Assembly (NCBI GenBank): GCA_036511815.1
Contig: DATCBP010000023.1
Location: 4,001 to 68,000, forward strand
Source: Gaiellaceae bacterium
GTDB taxonomy: Bacteria; Actinomycetota; Thermoleophilia; Gaiellales; Gaiellaceae
DNA: 64,000 nucleotides
Reading direction: 5' to 3'
Shown piece by piece: positions 16,701 through 24,152 of the stretch. Both the position numbers and the translations under genes were made by a program. The notes under the pieces are model-generated. The model was not told where the DNA came from. It made no database searches and was given only the letters and a program-made list of their open reading frames with translations. Numbering within the stretch: position 1 is the stretch's first letter; every line of letters starts with the position of its first letter.

Positions 16701-18767
16701 CTAGCCGTGAATCGAGATCAGCAGCGGAATGATCAGGATCGCGACGATATTCGTGATCTTGATCATCGGGTTAATCGCAGGCCCGGCGGTGTCCTTGTAC
16801 GGGTCGCCGACCGTATCGCCCGTGATCGAGGCCGCGTGAGCGTTCGAGCCCTTGCCGCCGTAGAGGCCGTCCTCGATCAGCTTCTTCGCGTTGTCCCACG
16901 CGCCGCCGCCCGACGTCATCGAGATCGCGAGGAACAGGCCCGTGACGATCGTGCCGATCAGTAGGCCGCCGAGCATGCGCACATTGATGATCCCGACGAT
17001 GATCGGAAACGCGATCGGGACGATCGCCGGCAGGACCATCGAGCGAATCGCCGAGCGCGTGACGATGTCGATCGCGCGACCGTACTCGGGCCGCGACGTC
17101 CCCTCCATGATGCCCGGGTCCTCCCGGAACTGGCGCCGCACTTCCTCGACGACCTCGCCGCCGACGCGGCCGACCGCCTGCATCGCGAGCGACGCGAACA
17201 GGAACGGCATGAGACCGCCGATGAAGAGGCCGGCGATCACCCAGGCGTTCGACAGGTCGAACGTGAGGGTGCCGAGCGAGCCGTGCCCTGCGCCCTGCGT
17301 GTGGATCCCATCCGCATAGGAGCCGAACAGCACGAGCGCCGCGAGCGCGGCCGAACCGATCGCGTAGCCCTTCGTGACGGCCTTCGTCGTGTTGCCGACC
17401 GCGTCGAGCGGATCGGTGATCGCGCGCACCTCCGGCGGCAGGTCGGCCATCTCGGCAATGCCGCCCGCGTTGTCGGTGACGGGGCCGTATGCGTCGAGAG
17501 CGACGATCAGGCCGGTCATCGACAGCTGCGCCATCACGGCGACGCCGATGCCGAACAGGCCGGCGAAATGCTGGGCGACGAGAATGCCCGCCGCGATCAC
17601 GATCACCGGCAGTGCGGTCGCCTGCATGCCCATGGCGAGGCCTTCGATGATGTTCGTCGCGTGGCCGGTCTGCGACGCGCGCGCGATCGACTTGACCGGA
17701 CCCCAGCGCGTACCGGTGTAGAACTCGGTGATCCCGACGAGCAGAGCGGTGATCAGCAGGCCGACGATCGACGAGATGTAGAGATCGCCGAAGCTGTAGC
17801 GCCCGCCGTCGAAGGCGGAGATGATCGGGATGAATCCGATCGCCGACAGGACCGTCGCGACGAGAACCGCGCGGTAGAGCGCGTTCATGATGTTCCCGCC
17901 CTCGCGGACGCGCGCGAACAGACTGCCGATAATCGACGTAATGATCGAGAGCCCGCCGATCGCGAGCGGAAGCAGCCAGATGTGCGTGCCGATCTGGGCA
18001 GGCGCGCCCGTGACGCCGAGGAGCATCACGGCAACTGCAGTGACGGCGTACGTCTCGAACAGGTCGGCCGCCATGCCGGCGCAGTCGCCGACGTTGTCGC
18101 CGACGTTGTCCGCGATCACCGCCGGGTTGCGCGGGTCGTCCTCGGGGATGCCCGCCTCGAGCTTGCCGACGAGGTCGGCGCCGACGTCCGCGGCCTTCGT
18201 GTAGATGCCGCCGCCGAGCCGGGCGAAGACGGAGATGAGCGAGCCGCCGAACGCGAGCCCGATCAGGTCGTGGATGGCCGAGTTCGGCGTGTGGTGGAAC
18301 CAGCCGGTGAGCGCCCAGTAGTAGCCGGCAACTCCGAGCAGACCGAGACCGACGACGAGCAGGCCGGTGACCGACCCGGCGCGGAAGGCGACGTTCAACG
18401 CCTGCGGCAGACCCGTGCGGGCCGCCTCCGCCGTCCGGACGTTCGAGCGCACGGCGACGTTCATGCCGATGAAGCCGGCCGCCGAGGAGAGCAGCGCGCC
18501 GATCAGGAAACCGATCGCGGTCCCCCACCCGAGCGAATGGTAGAAGCCGAGCGCGAGGAACGGCACGACCGCGACTGCCGCGATCGTCGTGTACTGGCGG
18601 CGGAGATAGGCCGCTGCGCCCTCCTGCACGGCGCGGGCGATCTCCTGCATGCGCTCGTTGCCTGCGGGCCGCCCCAGCAGCCAGGTCGTCAGCCACAGGC
18701 CGTAACCGACGGCGGCACCGGCGCACAGGAGCGCAAAGAGGACAGCGTGGTGCATGAACCAGCTCAT
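16701..18767 (-). CDS. hppA: membrane-integral H+-translocating pyrophosphatase, K+-independent subtype by signature
   Basis: 688 aa. [19 protein letters not shown] and [19 protein letters not shown] motifs. The stop is 9 nt from the kdpD kinase start. Confidence 0.95.
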   Translation of the reverse strand: MSWFMHHAVLFALLCAGAAVGYGLWLTTWLLGRPAGNERMQEIARAVQEGAAAYLRRQYTTIAAVAVVPFLALGFYHSLGWGTAIGFLIGALLSSAAGFIGMNVAVRSNVRTAEAARTGLPQALNVAFRAGSVTGLLVVGLGLLGVAGYYWALTGWFHHTPNSAIHDLIGLAFGGSLISVFARLGGGIYTKAADVGADLVGKLEAGIPEDDPRNPAVIADNVGDNVGDCAGMAADLFETYAVTAVAVMLLGVTGAPAQIGTHIWLLPLAIGGLSIITSIIGSLFARVREGGNIMNALYRAVLVATVLSAIGFIPIISAFDGGRYSFGDLYISSIVGLLITALLVGITEFYTGTRWGPVKSIARASQTGHATNIIEGLAMGMQATALPVIVIAAGILVAQHFAGLFGIGVAVMAQLSMTGLIVALDAYGPVTDNAGGIAEMADLPPEVRAITDPLDAVGNTTKAVTKGYAIGSAALAALVLFGSYADGIHTQGAGHGSLGTLTFDLSNAWVIAGLFIGGLMPFLFASLAMQAVGRVGGEVVEEVRRQFREDPGIMEGTSRPEYGRAIDIVTRSAIRSMVLPAIVPIAFPIIVGIINVRMLGGLLIGTIVTGLFLAISMTSGGGAWDNAKKLIEDGLYGGKGSNAHAASITGDTVGDPYKDTAGPAINPMIKITNIVAILIIPLLISIHG

Positions 18768-18866
18768 AGGCGACGGGCTCCCCTTGTCACAACGTCAGAC
18801 GCCGGGACGACCCCGGCGCGCGGAGCTTTGTATCAGATCCGACGGCCGGACGGCCGTCACGAACGC

Positions 18867-19010
18867 TCAGCGGAAGCCGCGCCCTGGCATGCGCTGGGGC
18901 GGCGGCGTGGCCGACTTGGGCGGCGCGGCGAACCGGTCGCGCCCATGCGTCGCGGCGACGTCCGGACGGCCGCTCGGGCTCTTCTTCTTGCCTTTGGCCT
19001 TGCGTGCCAT
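18867..19010 (-). CDS. 47-aa basic, Pro-rich hypothetical protein
   Basis: Own translation: MARKAKGKKKSPSGRPDVAATHGRDRFAAPPKSATPPPQRMPGRGFR. GC3 is strongly biased. It sits in an otherwise unassigned 268-nt gap. Confidence 0.35.
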   Translation of the reverse strand: MARKAKGKKKSPSGRPDVAATHGRDRFAAPPKSATPPPQRMPGRGFR

Positions 19011-19035
19011 GGGGCGAGCATAGCCGGTTCTCCGG

Positions 19036-19326
19036 CTAGATCGGGCCTTTGGCCGCGTCCGCGTAGGCGAGCTGAAGGGCCGCCACGACCTGCTGGACGT
19101 CGCCGCGAGGGCCGTCCTCGAGCAGCGGCGCCAGCGCCTTCAAGGCGTCGATCGCGAGCCGGGCCTGGTCGAGCTCGCGCGCCTCGGGCGACAGCTTCCC
19201 GAAGGCGAGCGAGGCGAGCAGCGAGCAGGTGTGCACGAGCAGATCGGAGACCTTCGCCTTGCGGAGCTCGGCGACGAGCTCCGCGTCCGTCGGCGTCCCG
19301 CCGCGGTCAGCCTGCGACTCGCTCAC
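19036..19326 (-). CDS. DUF1844-like small acidic protein
   Basis: 96 aa. The pattern LLVHTCSLLASLAFGKL...ELDQARLAIDALKAL resembles DUF1844 as recalled. The GTG start overlaps the upstream gene by 20 nt. Confidence 0.5.
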   Translation of the reverse strand: MSESQADRGGTPTDAELVAELRKAKVSDLLVHTCSLLASLAFGKLSPEARELDQARLAIDALKALAPLLEDGPRGDVQQVVAALQLAYADAAKGPI

Positions 19327-20464
19327 CCGCAGCCACCTGCTCGGCGAAGATCTCCGCCATGGACGCGCCCTCCTCGTGGCGCGCGATCTGCCGCTCGGCC
19401 GCGTTCCGCTCGGGCACCGTGAGCCACGGCGCGGCGCCGAGCTCCTCCGCGACCGGACGCACCCACTCGAGCAACTGCTCGATGCGGGCGCGCGCCGGGA
19501 TTGCGACGCCCCGCTCGAAGTCGATCAGCTCGCCCGAAAGGCCGTGGCGGATCGCACGCCACAGGTTCTCCTCGAGCAGCCGGTGCGGCCACGACGGCAG
19601 CGGCTCTCCTTCGTCGAGGGCGCGGGCGATGCGCGCCGTCAGCGAGTAACAGAGGGCGGCAAGCGAGCGGGCCTCGCTCAGCTCGGGCTGCGCGTCGCAG
19701 ATCCGGATCTCCACCGTCGGAAACGCGAGATGCGCGCGCACGCTCCACCACATCTGCGTGTGCTCGGTGATCGAGCCGGTCTCGTAAAGAAAGCGGACGT
19801 ACGCCTCCCAGTCGTCCCAGCCCTCGAACCAGTCCGGGATGCCGCAGCGCGGGAACATCCGCGTGAAGACCTGCGTGCGCGCGGAGTGCAGGTACGTGAA
19901 GACGCCTTCGACGAACGGCGAGCTGGCGGAATACGCGAGCAGCTCCGGCAGGTAATTCCGCAGCGAGCTGGCGACACGGATCGCGCGGTCCGGCCCGTTG
20001 ATACCCACGTGGACGTGCAGGCCGAACGTGTTGTTGCGCCAGACGACGTAGCGCAGGTACTCGTCGTTGCGGCGGTAGTGCGGCGTGTCGATGATCCGCT
20101 GCTCCTGCCATGGGCTCCACGGGTGCGTGCCCGCCGACGCGAGAGCGACGCCGTGACTCTCGGTGAGCGCGCGGAGCTGCACCCGCCGCTCGCCCAGCCG
20201 CTCTGCAGCCTCGGCGAAGGTGTCGCAGCGTCCGGTTCGCACCTCGATCTCGGACGCGATCAGCTCGCCCGCGAGGTTCGGCTCCAGGTCGCTGCCCTTC
20301 GCGGCGTCTTGCAACTCCTCGAAGCGGTCCGTGAGGGCGAGCGTTGCGGGGTCGAGGAGCGCGAACTCCTCCTCGACTGCGAGGGTGAGGTCCTGGACGT
20401 CCTCGAACGCGGCGCGGGACGCCGCGAGCATCTCGAGATACCCGAGCTTCTGCTCGTCGCCCAT
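19307..20464 (-). CDS. carboxylate-amine ligase, glutamate-cysteine ligase family 2 (YbdK-like)
   Basis: 385 aa. EFALLDP, ELIASEIEVRTG, GLHVHVG and WWSVRAH...VEIRICDAQ motifs typical of GCS2. Confidence 0.85.
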   Translation of the reverse strand: MGDEQKLGYLEMLAASRAAFEDVQDLTLAVEEEFALLDPATLALTDRFEELQDAAKGSDLEPNLAGELIASEIEVRTGRCDTFAEAAERLGERRVQLRALTESHGVALASAGTHPWSPWQEQRIIDTPHYRRNDEYLRYVVWRNNTFGLHVHVGINGPDRAIRVASSLRNYLPELLAYSASSPFVEGVFTYLHSARTQVFTRMFPRCGIPDWFEGWDDWEAYVRFLYETGSITEHTQMWWSVRAHLAFPTVEIRICDAQPELSEARSLAALCYSLTARIARALDEGEPLPSWPHRLLEENLWRAIRHGLSGELIDFERGVAIPARARIEQLLEWVRPVAEELGAAPWLTVPERNAAERQIARHEEGASMAEIFAEQVAAGERVAG

Positions 20465-20473
20465 GCGGGAAGC

Positions 20474-21742
20474 CTAACCCGCGGCGACGGGCGTGCCGGA
20501 GCCGGACAACTCGAGGAGTCGCGCGGCGATGCGCGGCCAGCTCCAGTTCCGCTCGACCGCACGGCGGGCGGCGAGGCCGACCCGGCGCCGTTCGTCTTCC
20601 GGCAGGGCGAGCAGCGCAGCCAGCCGTTCGTGGAGCATGGACGCGTCGCCGGTACCGGACGAAACGAGGTGCGCGTGCTCGGGCTCGTACTCGAGCGCGA
20701 TGCCGGCGGCGACCTCCGCGAGGCCGGAATGGTCGGCGACGACGGGCGGAACGCCGGCTGCGCCGGCCTCGGCGGCGACCATCCCGAATGCCTCGGGGAA
20801 GATCGACGGAACGACGGTCACGTCGCAGAGCGGCAGCAGGTACACGAGGTGCCGGTGCTCGAGCGGGCCTGTGAAGAGCGTGCCCGGCGGCGCCTGTGCC
20901 TCCAGGCTCGTGCGGTAGTCGCCGAAACCGACGATCACGGCGCGGGCTTCGAGGCCCTCGAGCGCTTCGAGCAGGACGTGCACGCCCTTGTTCTCGATCA
21001 GCTTCCCGAAGTAGAGGACGGTCGGCTCGCCGCCTGCGAAGAACGCGGCGAAGCGCTCGGCGTTGCGGTCGTCCGGGTGCCGCTCCTTCGCGTTCCCGGG
21101 ATTGGGCGGGTCGCGACGGGCTTCGGCGAGCAGGCCGGCGAGCGCGTCGGCGCGCGGCCTCGGCCGGAACTCGTCGACGTCGACGCCGGGCGGCACCTCG
21201 TACACGCGCTCCACGTGGCCGACCACGTCTTCGAGCACTGCGCGGATGTGCGCCGAGCCGACGAACACGGAGTCGGCTCGCGCGAGCGACTCGGCTCCCC
21301 AGTGCTCGAGCTCCGGGCGGCCGCGCATCGAGTACTCGAGCTCGGACCCGTGCACCTTGACCGCGAAGCGTGCGCCCGACGCGGCGGCGACGGGGCCGCC
21401 GAGCAGCACGTGGTTCGCGAAGACGAGGTCGGCGGGGAGCAGCTCGCGCACCGCAGCCGCGTTCGCGTCGACGTGGCGCTCGCGCTCGGCCGGCGTGAGG
21501 TCCTGGAGCAGCCGGGCCTCCAGGCCCTCGTAGCGGTCGAGCACGAAGACGGGAAGAAGGCGGTCGGGAAGGTCGGGCACGACGACCGTTGCACCGCCGA
21601 GGTCGTAGCGCTCGGGATGCCGCTCCTGGCAGACGACGGTGACGTCGTGCCCGGCGCGGCTCCACTCGCGGGCGAGAGCCTGCGTGTAGACGTTCGAGCC
21701 GGTGCCGCCCAGCAGGTAGCCGTGCCAGAGCACGATGCGCAT
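20474..21742 (-). CDS. GT4-family (retaining) glycosyltransferase
   Basis: 422 aa. N-terminal GGTGSNVY loop, C-terminal VVPSIFPEAFGMVAAEAGAAGVPPV (E-x7-E). Confidence 0.85.
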   Translation of the reverse strand: MRIVLWHGYLLGGTGSNVYTQALAREWSRAGHDVTVVCQERHPERYDLGGATVVVPDLPDRLLPVFVLDRYEGLEARLLQDLTPAERERHVDANAAAVRELLPADLVFANHVLLGGPVAAASGARFAVKVHGSELEYSMRGRPELEHWGAESLARADSVFVGSAHIRAVLEDVVGHVERVYEVPPGVDVDEFRPRPRADALAGLLAEARRDPPNPGNAKERHPDDRNAERFAAFFAGGEPTVLYFGKLIENKGVHVLLEALEGLEARAVIVGFGDYRTSLEAQAPPGTLFTGPLEHRHLVYLLPLCDVTVVPSIFPEAFGMVAAEAGAAGVPPVVADHSGLAEVAAGIALEYEPEHAHLVSSGTGDASMLHERLAALLALPEDERRRVGLAARRAVERNWSWPRIAARLLELSGSGTPVAAG

Positions 21743-21895
21743 GCGTCTCAGCCTAGTGGCCTGCGCCTGCGCGCGATTCGCCGGGGAGTTGGCACGCGTT
21801 CGCGCAGAAGGACACCTGTCGCCGCGGTGGCGGCACGGTTAGGCTGACGCCTGAGCAGGGGGCGGGTCGGGACCCGAGGTTGACGCGTGTACCTC

Positions 21896-22516
21896 TTACG
21901 TGAGGTGGAAGTAGAGCGCGTAGAGCAGCTCGACCGCCGGGTTCGACGTGTGGACCGTCACGTCAGCCGGGGTCTCGAGCAGCGCCTCCGAGTAGTTGAA
22001 GACGATCTTCACGCCGACGTCGACGAGGTCGTTCGCCGCCTGCTGGGCGGCCGTTGCAGGCACTGCGAGGACGCCGACGATGATGTTCTTGTCGCGAACG
22101 GCAGCCTTGAGACCGCTGTACTCGCTCACCGTGACGTGGCCGATTGGGACGCCGATCTTCTCGGGATCGATGTCGAAGACGGCTGCGATGTTGATCCCGT
22201 GCTCGGCGAAGATCGGTGAGCTGGCGATCGCCTGCCCGAGACGGCCGGCACCGATGAGCACGATGTTGTGCTGCCCCTGCGTGCGCAGGATCTTCCGGAT
22301 CTCGTCGAGCAGCGACTCGATGCTGTAGCCGACGCCGCGCTTGCCGAACTTGCCGAACGCGGAGAGGTCCCGCCTGATCTGGGTGGCGTTGATGTTGGTG
22401 TACTCCGCGATCTCCTGCGAGGAGATCCGCGTCTTACCCATCTTCCTCGCCTGCGTCAGCACCTGGAGGTACCGGGACAGGCGAGCTGCGACGCCGACCG
22501 TCAGGCGATCCGCCAC
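21896..22516 (-). CDS. rex: redox-sensing transcriptional repressor Rex
   Basis: Start moved to the GTG at 22516, preceded by GGAGGA. RLSRYLQVL, DLSAFGKFGKRGVGY, LIGAGRLGQA Rossmann motif. 206 aa. Confidence 0.9.
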   Translation of the reverse strand: MADRLTVGVAARLSRYLQVLTQARKMGKTRISSQEIAEYTNINATQIRRDLSAFGKFGKRGVGYSIESLLDEIRKILRTQGQHNIVLIGAGRLGQAIASSPIFAEHGINIAAVFDIDPEKIGVPIGHVTVSEYSGLKAAVRDKNIIVGVLAVPATAAQQAANDLVDVGVKIVFNYSEALLETPADVTVHTSNPAVELLYALYFHLT

Positions 22517-22569
22517 GCGTCCTCCAATCGTCGAGCTTGTAACAGCCGCCGCCTTTTTAGCAGGCGGGA

Positions 22570-22830
22570 CTAGGTGCCCGCTTGTGCAACCGCTCGGCGG
22601 AGGGCGTCGGGCTGCACGTGGTACGTGAAGCGCCGACGGCCGTCGATCTCGATCACCGGCAGCCACTCCCTGTACGCCTCCTCGAGCGCAGGATCGCCGC
22701 CGATGTCGACCTCCTCGAGCTCGAAGCCGAGCTCGACGCGGAGATCTTCGACCACAGCCCCGGCGCGCGCGCAGAGGTGGCAGCCCGTGGCGTGGTAGAG
22801 GACGACGCGCGCGCTAGGGATAGATGCCAC
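22570..22830 (-). CDS. glutaredoxin-like (DUF836-type) thiol-disulfide protein
   Basis: 86 aa, VVLYHATGCHLCARA CxxC motif, WLPVIEIDG. The GTG start overlaps the gdh 3' end by 17 nt. Confidence 0.75.
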   Translation of the reverse strand: MASIPSARVVLYHATGCHLCARAGAVVEDLRVELGFELEEVDIGGDPALEEAYREWLPVIEIDGRRRFTYHVQPDALRRAVAQAGT

Positions 22831-24088
22831 GCGTGGTCGTGGCCTCGGCGACGCGCTGCACTGCGAGCCCGTACGCGGCGACGCGCATCGGCAGGTCTCG
22901 CGTCTGCGCCGTCTCCCACGTCTCCTCGAACGCGCGGCTGACGATGTCGTTCAGCTTCGCGTTCACCTCGGCTTCCTTCCAGAAGTACTCCTGAAGCCCC
23001 TGGACCCACTCGAAGTACGAGACGACGACGCCGCCGGCGTTCGCCAGCACATCCGGGAGAATCAACACGCCGTTGTCCTCGAGAATCGAGTCGGCCGCCG
23101 GCGTGACAGGCCCGTTCGCGCCTTCGCAGATGATCGACGCCTTGACGTGCGCCGCATTGTGCTCCGTGATCACCTGCTCGAGCGCGCACGGAGCGAGGAT
23201 GTCGACATCGAGGACGAGCAGATCCTCGTTCGTGATCAGCTCCGCGTCCTTCAGCCCTGCGAGGGTGCGGTGCTCCCGCTTGTGCGCGAACGCGGCGGGC
23301 ACGTCGACGCCCTTCGGGTTGTACAGCGCCGCGGTCGAGTCGGAGATCGCGACCACGATCGCGCCTTCCTCGTGCAGGAACTTCGCGAGGAAGCTGCCGA
23401 CGTTGCCGAATCCCTGCACGGCGACGCGCATGCCGGCGAGCGAGCGGTTCTGCTTCGCCACGGCGTCGCGAATGCAGAAGAGACAGCCGCGCGCCGTCGC
23501 CTCCTCGCGCCCGAGCGATCCGCCGATCGAGAGCGGCTTCCCGGTGACGACGCCGAGCACGGAATGGCCCTTGTTCATCGAATACGTATCGAAGATCCAG
23601 GCCATCACCGAGCCGTCCGTACCGACGTCCGGCGCCGGGATGTCCTTCTCCGGGCCGATCTCGTTGATGATCTCACTCGTATAACGGCGCGTCAGCCGCT
23701 CGAGCTCGCCGCGCGAGAGCTGCTTCGGGTCGCAGGTGACGCCGCCCTTCGCGCCGCCGAAGGGGATGCCCATCAGCGCGCACTTCCACGTCATCCACAT
23801 CGCGAGGGCTTTCACCTCGTCGAGGGTCACGTCCGGGTGGTAGCGGATGCCCCCCTTCGACGGTCCGCGCGCGACGTTGTGCGTCACGCGGTAGCCCTTG
23901 AACACGTGCGTCGTACGGTCGTCCATGCCGACCGGGATGGAGACCTCGACCGCCTTCTTGCATTCGCCGAGAACGTTGACGAGGTTGTCGTCGATCCCGA
24001 ACGTGGTCGCGACCCTTCGCAGCTGCGAGCGGGCGATCTCGAACGGGTTCTCGCGAAGGTGCGACACGGTAGTGTCGACTGTGGTCAC
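22814..24088 (-). CDS. gdhA: NAD(P)-specific glutamate dehydrogenase
   Basis: Start moved to the GTG at 24088 (AAGGAG lies 6 nt upstream). KGGIRYH, PFGGAKGG and GFGNVG motifs. 424 aa. Confidence 0.92.
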   Translation of the reverse strand: MTTVDTTVSHLRENPFEIARSQLRRVATTFGIDDNLVNVLGECKKAVEVSIPVGMDDRTTHVFKGYRVTHNVARGPSKGGIRYHPDVTLDEVKALAMWMTWKCALMGIPFGGAKGGVTCDPKQLSRGELERLTRRYTSEIINEIGPEKDIPAPDVGTDGSVMAWIFDTYSMNKGHSVLGVVTGKPLSIGGSLGREEATARGCLFCIRDAVAKQNRSLAGMRVAVQGFGNVGSFLAKFLHEEGAIVVAISDSTAALYNPKGVDVPAAFAHKREHRTLAGLKDAELITNEDLLVLDVDILAPCALEQVITEHNAAHVKASIICEGANGPVTPAADSILEDNGVLILPDVLANAGGVVVSYFEWVQGLQEYFWKEAEVNAKLNDIVSRAFEETWETAQTRDLPMRVAAYGLAVQRVAEATTTRGIYP

Positions 24089-24152
24089 GCGCAGCTCCTT
24101 TTCCCGAGCAAATGGAGCGAAACTCGCATACTCACCCTGAGTATACGGTCGG

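Noticed and set aside
21789-21806. Rex operator-like sequence TTGGCACGCGTTCGCGCA upstream of the GT4 gene
   Set aside because: Only the central ACGCGT matches the TTGTGAA-N4-TTCACAA type consensus, and the half-sites are poor. The TTGTGACAA upstream of hppA (about 18791..18799) likewise lacks a second half-site.
19229-21847. 872-aa (+) and 780-aa (-, 19323..21665) ORFs over the GCS2/GT4 genes
   Set aside because: Arg-rich, motif-free shadow frames of two genes with clear family motifs. This is a typical high-GC artefact. The same applies to 16771..18726 (hppA), 34743..36083 and 35087..37792 (uvrA), 40907..43114 (uvrB), 42790..44574, 54313..55755, 61586..62830 and similar entries.
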